Shown here in pieces: positions 54,960-64,000 of a stretch of 64,000 nucleotides of DNA. Source of the stretch: Octopus vulgaris (taxonomy: Eukaryota); NCBI GenBank assembly GCA_951406725.2, contig OX597824.1, positions 97,836,001 to 97,900,000 on the forward strand. The letters are read 5' to 3'. The number at the start of each line of letters is the position of its first letter. The stretch's first letter is position 1. Position numbers and translations under genes: made by a program. The notes under the pieces were generated by a model. It was given only the letters and a program-made list of their open reading frames with translations. It did no database searches and was not told the origin of the DNA.

Positions 54960-55457
54960 TTTGTGTCAGTGTTTGTCCCCCACCACCGCTTGACAACCGG
55001 TGTTGGTGTGTGTACGTCGCCATAACCTAGCGGTTCGGCCTAAGAGACCGATAGAGTATGTACCAGGTTTAAAAGAGTATTTACTTGTTCCAGTCATTTG
55101 ACTGCGGCCATGCTGGAGCACCGCCTTTAGTCGAGCAAATCGACCCCAGAACTTATTCTTTGTAAGCCTAGTACTTATTCTATCGGTCTCTTTTTGTCGA
55201 ACCGCTAGGTTACGGGGACACAAACACACCAGCATCGGTTGTGAAGCGATGTTGGGGGTGGACAAACACAGACACACAAACATATACATATATACGACGG
55301 GCTTCATTCAGTTTCCGTCTACCAAATCTACTCACAAGGCTTTTGTTGGCCCGAAGCTATAGTAGAAGACACTTGCCCCAGGTGCCACGCAGTCGGACTG
55401 AACCCGGAACCATGTGGTTGGTAAGTAAGCTACTTACCACACAGCCACTCCTACGCC

Positions 55458-55460
<3 letters not shown>
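54960..55460. mobile_element. Two same-family SINEs in inverted orientation (54960-55075 on +, 55080-55460 on -)
   Basis: 54962-55070 is reverse-complement similar to 55163-55275. The tRNA-like head is at 55375-55460. Confidence 0.85.
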
Positions 55461-55499
<39 letters not shown>

Positions 55500-55653
55500 C
55501 ATATGTTCGTCTGTGTATGTATGTTATATACATATAAGTAGTACGCATACACACACACACACGGATCCAACATCAATTTATTGTTATTCAATCGGTTAAT
55601 ATATCTATATATATATATATATATATATATCGTATATATGTGTATGTATATAT

Positions 55654-55700
<47 letters not shown>

Positions 55701-56198
55701 TTATTCTTAACCTCATCCATAACATGGCGTCTCTCTCTTCAAGGTCTGCCTCGAGTCTGTCTGAGAATTAGTCTGCCTAAATAAAGTGTACGTATACTTT
55801 ACATACAGAGATACAGATAGTGATAGAGAAGGGGAGAGAGAGAAAGAAAGAAAGAGGCTGACAGATAGACAGATAGACATACAGACAGACAGATAGATAG
55901 ATAGACCCAACTTTTGAGATGACACTATTCAAAGCGTTCAATAAATGAACACTGAATTAGTGCTTGAAACAGCTGTAAAGAAACTTTCAATGACTACATA
56001 TTGTCTCCACCGAATGTTGCTTCATTTATGTATTAGCTTCATTAAATGATATAATGTCGTACATATTACTTGTCGACCCTTTACCACTTTATCGATTTAT
56101 ATGAATTAATATATCTATCCCCTACAGATATGTGTATGTATGTGTTTATACATACACACACACATGCGTGTATATATGTATGTATGTAAACATGTCTG

Positions 56199-56337
<139 letters not shown>

Positions 56338-56694
56338 ATTCTACATTGAGAGAAGAAAGAGATGGACGCTTCAATTCTATGCTGTTGCCGCATTATGTCG
56401 TACGCGAATGAGAGGATTTGCATCCCCAACCAAGAATTTTTGATGTAACACATGTCCTTGTGGAAGGTGTTGTGCGCGGCTGAAAAATTTTAGGCCACAG
56501 ACATACATTATGCATTGTTATAAATCTGTCTAATAAAGGCCCGAAACATATGTACCCTCTGAATCTGTTCCGATTTGGCATCATGTTTTGGTATTTTGAT
56601 CAATTTACTCCACCACCTACACCACCAAACGATATACACAGGTGCTTATAATTATCAAGTACTCACCCCGAATTTATATATATATATATATATA

Positions 56695-56779
<85 letters not shown>

Positions 56780-57129
56780 GAAACTGCAAAGATAATCTGG
56801 AATTCGACTGATGAAAGAAAACACCGAATGGCCCGTCCTTGTTTTTTCTGGTCCCTTTTTGTATCATCTAACTGTCTGGATGTCTTTGTCGCCTGTTGCG
56901 TTCTTGTCCCATTTTTTGTACTCTTGATATATATACACATATATATGTATATTGTTATAAAGTTTCCCAGGCTGGTAAACCGGTAATATGAATACTTGCG
57001 GTTTCACAAGTTTGTTTCGTGATTTCCTTCAGAGAAACTCTTGAGAAACCAAGCTAAAATGCATACGTAAAGCACTCCAAGTGGCTATTTTGCAATGGCT
57101 ATTTATACATGGCTATTTATGTGTGTGTG

Positions 57130-57196
<67 letters not shown>

Positions 57197-57359
57197 AAGT
57201 ATGCGCGTATTCATTATCTTCCCCATCAGGATACAGCTATTTAAACAGTTAAGGGCCCACAAAACAGCGTTTGCTTATTTCTTGATAACATAGACTAATT
57301 ACGTCAACATTTTCGTTGAAATTCTATAACAAAATTCCACAAAGTCTATTGAAAATTGG

Positions 57360-57555
57360 CTTCAAATTTTGGCCCAAGGCCAGCAGCTTCAGGGTGTGGC
57401 AATAAACCGGTTGTTACATCGATCCCAATGCTGACTGATATTCGTTTTATCGATCCTGAAAGGATGAGAGACAAAATCGACATCGGCGACTTTTAACTCA
57501 GAATATAAAGGCGGTCGAAATGCCGCTAAGCTTTTTGCTAACGATTCTGCCAGAT
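57360..57555 (-). mobile_element. Diverged Nin/Deu-like SINE
   Basis: Reverse-complement match to 59422-59640. Confidence 0.75.
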
Positions 57556-57691
57556 TAAAGATCTTAGGGCCACACTCTTACTTTCTCTTCTCTCCTTTTT
57601 ATTTTCGTTTGATCCAGTTTATTGTTTTCGTTTAGTTGGCTAAAAAAAGTGTACATATACTTTACATACTGACATACAGATAGAGATAGAG

Positions 57692-57844
<153 letters not shown>

Positions 57845-57866
57845 GATAGACAGACAGACAGATAGT

Positions 57867-58622
57867 AGTTCAATACGCAAACAACGAGAGGAACAAATGG
57901 AAAACAGGACAATATAAAGAATGACCCTTCATCAGTTGTCTGCTGTCTCATTTCGAGCATTGAACGACATATAAGACTTTAAAGACAGTTGCTCCCATAA
58001 GTACCTAAATAAAATTTTGGATTTATGGGAAGAACAACAGGATAGTGGAGACATACAAGGAAGCCGAACGAAAACAAACATGGAGCGTCGTTAGCCTAGA
58101 ACGAGAGTAAAATAGCGAACGCTGGAGAAATATTTTCTTTGAAAAGAGAAACGAAAGAAGAGAGAGATAGAATACGTCCAGTTCTTAGGATAGTCCTGAA
58201 GAAAAGATGACCACGTGAAGTCCTAAGGACTGGACGTCTTCTGTCTCTCTCTTCTATCTTTTCTCTATTCAAAGAAAACATTTCTCCTGGGTTCGCTGTT
58301 TTACCCTCGTTCTGGTCCAACGATCCTCCATGTTTGTTTGCGTTCGGTTTCCTTATATGTGTCCAGTCCTATTGTTGTTCCCAACATAGACCCCACACCA
58401 TAAATCCCAAATTTTATTTTGGTACTCATGGGAGCAACTGTCTTCGAAGACTCATATTGTCGTTCAATGCTCCAAATGAGAAGTAGACAGACAGCCGACA
58501 ACTGATGAAGGGTCGTTCTTTATGTTACTCGTCCTGTTTCCCATTTGTTTCTCTCGTTGTTTGCGTATTGAACTCATCTGTTTTCGTATTTCATGTTGTT
58601 TACTGTTGGTGACGTCCTGTAC

Positions 58623-58625
<3 letters not shown>
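57867..58625. mobile_element. Large diverged fold-back element (arms about 325 and 355 bp)
   Basis: 57867-58190 is an imperfect reverse complement of 58221-58574. Spacer about 30 bp, one-sided extension about 50 bp, microsatellite flanks. Confidence 0.9.
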
Positions 58626-58668
<43 letters not shown>

Positions 58669-58746
58669 CGTAGAGATCTTTGTAATAAACACCGTACACA
58701 CACATTTAAATAAAAGAACGCATCTATCTGTATTTGTCTCCTTCTA

Positions 58747-58778
<32 letters not shown>

Positions 58779-59421
58779 CATTCGTGTGCGCGCATGTATA
58801 ATACGTATATACATGTGTATGTGTGTATGTGTGCGTATGTGTGTGTGTGTGCGTGTGTGTGCGCGCGGGAGTGCGGTCTAATTGTGTAAGGAGTAATTGG
58901 TGTGTTGTGCAAGAAATAAAGAGCAGAGAGGGGGGTAAGATTAGGCAAGAAGACGGGACAAAGAATGGTAAGAAAGTGGGCAAGGGAGGGTAGAAAGGGC
59001 TGCTGATTGGTCGGGGGATGGAGGGAAGAGGGGCCGGCAGCGAAGACTGAAGGTCGTTGGTGTTGCGCAGGACCCAGACAGTCGGGTGGGGTTTATGTAT
59101 GTCTGGCTGTATCTGTATGTGAGCGTATGTTTATACGTGGGGTGGGGGGCTTCTCTGAGTTTGTCTGGACCCGTTTGTCATTGTGGCTGTCCTAGTGTCC
59201 GTGTGTCCGTGTGTGTGTGTGTGTGTGTGTTAATAAAGCGTGAGAAAGCTAAAGAGGGAAAAGAAGGTGGAGATGGAACGCAAAGAGCGAGGAATGGTGA
59301 GAGACACTGAACAACTGAAGTAGGAGGTAGGGGAGGAGGAAGAGAGGAGAGGACGAGGAGACAGTAGTTATTGTTTTTATATGTAGTTTATTATTATTTT
59401 TGTTGTTTTTGTTGTTGTTAA

Positions 59422-59640
59422 GAAGGCGGTGAACTGGCAGAAGCGTTAGCACGCCGGACCAAATGCTTAGCGGCATTCGTCCGTCCTTACGTTCTGTGTT
59501 CAAACTCCGCCGAAGTCGACTTTGCCTTTCATCCTTTCGGGGTCGATAAAATAAGTACCAGTAATGCACTGGGGTCGATGTAATCGAATAACAACTCCAC
59601 CCCCAAAATTTCAGGCCTTGGGTCTACAACAGAAAGAATT
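59422..59640 (+). mobile_element. Nin/Deu-like SINE
   Basis: GCCTTTCATCCTTTCGGGGTCGATAAAATAAGTACCAG core. Confidence 0.85.
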
Positions 59641-59668
59641 AGCATTATTGTTGTTGTTGTTGTTGTTG

Positions 59669-59726
<58 letters not shown>

Positions 59727-59993
59727 CACGATAACAACAAACGTAACAACATCAACAATAACAGCAACATCATCAAAACATCAGCCACAACAATAGTTAC
59801 AAGAACAACAGCTAACAAACCAGAAGAGGAGGTCCCTAAGTGGTCGTTTAGTCTCCTAGAAATAGCGGTCAACATCATACAATGTTTCATTGACGAGCTT
59901 AAATAAGGCAGAAACATGTCCTCTAGTTAACCATCAGATCTCAAAACGTAAAGACAAACGAAATACCGCTGAACATTTTTCCCGGCGTGCGAT

Positions 59994-60052
59994 CGATTCT
60001 GCCAGCTTCCCGAACGATTCTGCTAACTTCCGGAACGATTTTGCCAGCTTTC
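59994..60052. repeat. 21-bp unit x3 derived from a SINE end
   Basis: CGATTCTGCCAGCTTCCCGAA and two variants. Confidence 0.8.
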
Positions 60053-62283
60053 AACCTTCAAGAACCTAAATAATAAAAAGTTATTTAATTGACGAGTAAT
60101 TGTATGTCACTCGCCTTGTTGTTTTTAGATATGAAATACACCACGTAAATGGAGTTTTTAGTCGCTAACTGCAAGGATAATCTCGCTCAATCATTTTTAC
60201 TTCACTATATTACTTTTGTAAGGACCCCACAACATTTATAGTGAAAGGTGTACCACTGAACTAATGCGAGAATTCGTGGAATGTTCGTTATGTTGAACAG
60301 CCGTAAAAAGTGAAGACATGACACGATATCAGCTTATCGATCTCTCCTGGAATCGATTTCTTCACGAAATCACCCTTTGATTCATTGATACACAATTCTT
60401 CAGTGAATTTCTTGGAGTCTACGAGTTGCCCAATATATATCGATTTCTAACATTACGTTAAGGTCTCGAAGTTGGATGGCGAAGGGAAGATTACAGCGAC
60501 TTAAGGGAATCTTTTGGGGGTAGAATTTGACATAAAATCCTCAGGAATCGATAGACAAATCCCCTTGTTGTTGCGGTTGTTATTTAGTAGTGATTGATCA
60601 GACTTATCATGAAAGACATTCCAGCCTTGACCTTCATCTCCAATATATTGCTCTTGTAGCGCGTAATCTGATGGTATTTAGCTGTTATTTCTTGTAGGTC
60701 AAGTATCCTCGTAGATACACATTCACTGACTCGATCAAATACCAGTAATATACTGCAATTTATGGAATCAACAATGCATCAGTGTTAGTTAGAAAGACAG
60801 CTGTTTGGCTGAACCGGTAGAGCATCAGACAAATTCTCTTGCAACATTTGCTTAATTCCTTTGTATTCCGTGTTCAAATCCCTGTCATTACACTTTTTAG
60901 ATCTTTGTGGATGTTAATAAATTACACGAAGCCAGTCATGTGCTGGGGTCGATGTTATCGCCTCTCCTCGAAACCCTGATTATGAAGTCCTACATAATTA
61001 TATGAACTATAATCAATTACTGAAAAGGAGAAATAGTGATTAAGTTATGTAATTGTTTAGCCCCAGAACACGTAAACCTGTAATCAAAGGCTCTCCAGCC
61101 ATGAGCATCCTGCCTTTACATGCCTTCCTGCAAATGGACAATATTATCTAATGTATCCTTCTTTACTTGAGACACTGTGTCACTTGAAGCCGATTTAGCT
61201 GCTATTTCTTCGCGTCGCCGTTGTATATGCTTGTTGGTCATTCTATCATGTAACACACAAATGACACTCTTGGGAAATGGCACCAATGTCACGAGTTCCC
61301 GGTTCTCCTCTCACCAGACTTTGGACTCCGTTTTGAAGGGGGGTTTTTTATACAAAGGAATATTATCTACTTCAATACATACATATTATTACAGTACATA
61401 CCCGGCTACTATGTATGATATTTGGCGTGCTTTCTCTCTGTACTAAAATTCCGTATTTAGTACAATTTGTGCGCAACGGGGGCACCCAACATTTATCTTA
61501 GGTCAGCGTCTTGAATGGAAACGAAGGAACATTTTGTCCTTGTTTGCATCTAAATCATTTTTTTTTTTTTTAAATTAAAATATTTCAAACGCATTCCTTA
61601 TTTTGGATTCCTTTGCAAACCGGTTGAATCCTCTAACCCTGGGTCTGCTGCAATCGTGTAACTCGATACTTAAAGCACAAGACATGTCAACAGAAGCAAC
61701 TCAGTGAGTCATTTGATTCCAGCCGCATCATTCTTCATACTTCGGTTGTGTTGTAAAGGAGGACTCCTGCGGTGGAATAAAATATTTGTGTTTTACTGTT
61801 TGACCGAGCGGAACAGCGACATGCAAACGGTGAAGCAAAACAGCTCTGTCTCTTGATAATGTAATGTTATTAAATGATGCGAGTCAGATCTTTTCATTTG
61901 TACAGGTTGTACAGTCAAATATTGGTCCAGGGCTGTTCTTACACTCAAAGACTTTCACACTCAAAATGTTTGTCAAGTTGCGTGACCAGAATAACGAATT
62001 ACATTTGCACATGGTGCTACAGCGGATTCACAAAATTTCTCTGTGTGAGAGTATGTGTCTGTGTGTCTGTCTGTGTGTGTCTGTGTGTGTGCGTGCGTGT
62101 GTGCGTACGTGTTTGTGTGAATCCCTTTATGCGATTTTCATTAATTTTATTATTGAAATCCCAGATAAGATGATAAATATATTTAGGAAGATTCTAGACT
62201 GCTGTGCAGCGAAGATGCGACCTGAAATGTTATATTTTGACTTTAAATCTGTAATTTCTGAATTTTGTCATTTCTCCCTGAAC

Positions 62284-62346
<63 letters not shown>

Positions 62347-63339
62347 AATGAACGCTACTTCATTAACTTATTATACTCGAGATCTGTTAATATTTAAGCT
62401 ACCCTTTTAATGACTTCTCTCAAATGTTTTATAACTTCATTTCCTAATAACCCTTCCCTTAAGACCCACATTATTGCTCACCTTTAAATCACAGCAACAT
62501 TTCACGAACTCAAATTTAAATTTCAGTTATTAAAATAGTCGTAATGTTCATTATCTCCTTTCAATTGCAGCACCTTATATTAGGATTGGTGTGGTGACTA
62601 AACCTTGAAAATGGAACCCCAGCATGGCATTTGCGCATTAAAGCATGCAATGTGGGCCGAACTTCACACATAGGACCCGGGTTGATTTTTTTTTAAGAAA
62701 TAATTTTTGCAAAAGAAGGGAAAGTGCCTTTTGTACACCATAAAATGTGTTACGTCTTTTCATTTCAACTTTTAACTCCATCGAGCTCAAATTTTTCTTT
62801 CATTTTTCCGATGTTGATATAATAAAGATATAAAATAATTAAGTGTGATGGTTTACACAGGATTAATTAAAATATGATTAATGAAAAGCTTTGAAGTGGT
62901 ATCCCAGAACGACTGATGTCCGTGACTAATTTAGTAAAATACACAACGAGCGGGCAGTAACACGATACACTGAAACACAATGAATAGTGACACAGTATAT
63001 AGCGCGCATATATTGTCCTTAAGAGTCCAGATCTTATCTATTAATAATAGTTTTTGTTACAATAAACTTTTGTCAGAAACTGGGATCTGACGTCTTTGTC
63101 CATCGAGACAACGTTGAACTTATTGTTAGACATACGTCATTCGGTGTTTATTCCAAAACACCAAACTATTGTACGTGTGGCCCTTGACTGTTCTGTGTCA
63201 CAGGCATTGTTTCGCGTCCAGTTCCTTTGACATCCATATGGTAAACGGTTCGATTCCACAGCAAGGTATCGTGCACTGATTTAGTCACATGTGGCAGTTT
63301 GGACGACGAAAACTGGAAATATATATACTTCGGCCACCC

Positions 63340-63630
63340 TGAAGCACCATCTTGAAATATTTTATAGCCTGATACTTATTCTGGCAGCCTATTTTGCCGA
63401 ATAGGGGACATAAACACACCAGCATCGGGGGAAAAACACAGGCACAATCACATGCCTATAGATAGATATATATACGACGGGCTTCTTTCAGTTTCCGTCT
63501 ACTGTCTCTACTTACATCCGTCAGCCCGAGGCTGTAGCAGAGGACACTTGCTGGATGTGCCACACAGTGGGATTGAACCTGGAACCATGTGGCTGGGAAG
63601 CAAACTTCTTATCACATAGCTATGCCTGTG
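63340..63630 (-). mobile_element. Diverged SINE
   Basis: Colinear with 55110-55460, with deletions. Confidence 0.75.
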
Positions 63631-63653
63631 CCTATATACGCGTATTTCTACGG

Positions 63654-63728
<75 letters not shown>

Positions 63729-63777
63729 CTGCCGATGTATGTCGATGAAAGAGATACACTTCGTCTAATGAACCGAT

Positions 63778-64000
63778 GGTGCATGGCTCAGTGGTTACAG
63801 TGTCGGGCTCACACTCATGAGGTAGGGAGTTCAATTCCCACACTGGGCTGTGTATTGTCTTCTTGAGCAAGACACTTCATTTCCCATCACTCCAGTTCAC
63901 TCAGCTGTAGAAATGAGTGGTGATGTCACTGGTGCCAAGCAGTATCGGCCCCTTTGCCTTTCCCTTGGATAACATCGGTGACATATAGACGAGAGGCTGT
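63778..64000 (+). mobile_element. tRNA-derived SINE (head A + a third tail type), cut by the window edge
   Basis: A box TGGCTCAGTGG, B box GAGTTCAATTCC, CTTGAGCAAGACACTT block. Confidence 0.8.

Noticed and set aside
59994-60052. Short direct repeats as a CRISPR array
   Set aside because: No spacers, eukaryotic context, and the unit derives from a SINE end. No CRISPR-like array was seen anywhere in the window.
60100-62050. Complex non-repetitive sequence as coding exons
   Set aside because: No long ORFs or recognisable protein motifs in any frame. Short exons cannot be excluded without RNA data.

Overview
Eukaryotic, AT-rich DNA saturated with microsatellites. The SINE families and repeat density suggest an octopus (coleoid cephalopod) genome; this is an inference from pattern recognition, not a database search. 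There is one convincing protein-coding gene: a class A (rhodopsin-like) GPCR with an uninterrupted CDS at 4556-5773 (-), probably with a 5'UTR intron and a motif-rich 3' flank. The remaining ~57 kb has no credible coding exon and consists of tRNA-derived SINEs, LINE remnants (Dong/R4-, CR1/Jockey- and RTE-like), MITEs, a 1.2-kb tandem duplication and simple repeats. The most striking hidden structure is a set of at least six mutually unrelated short non-coding elements, most of them embedded in (TA)n or (TACA)n. They carry minimal type-I hammerhead-ribozyme-like motifs (stem I - CYGANGA-like core - stem II - GAAA - palindromic stem III - GUH - stem I) with stems that covary between families. 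Several are arranged as asymmetric fold-back palindromes, including perfect 111-bp and 122-bp arms. This fits non-autonomous derivatives of Penelope-like elements (PLEs), and one family has a tRNA-like head fused to the ribozyme-bearing tail. All alignments and folds were done by eye, and no ribozyme activity is demonstrated.
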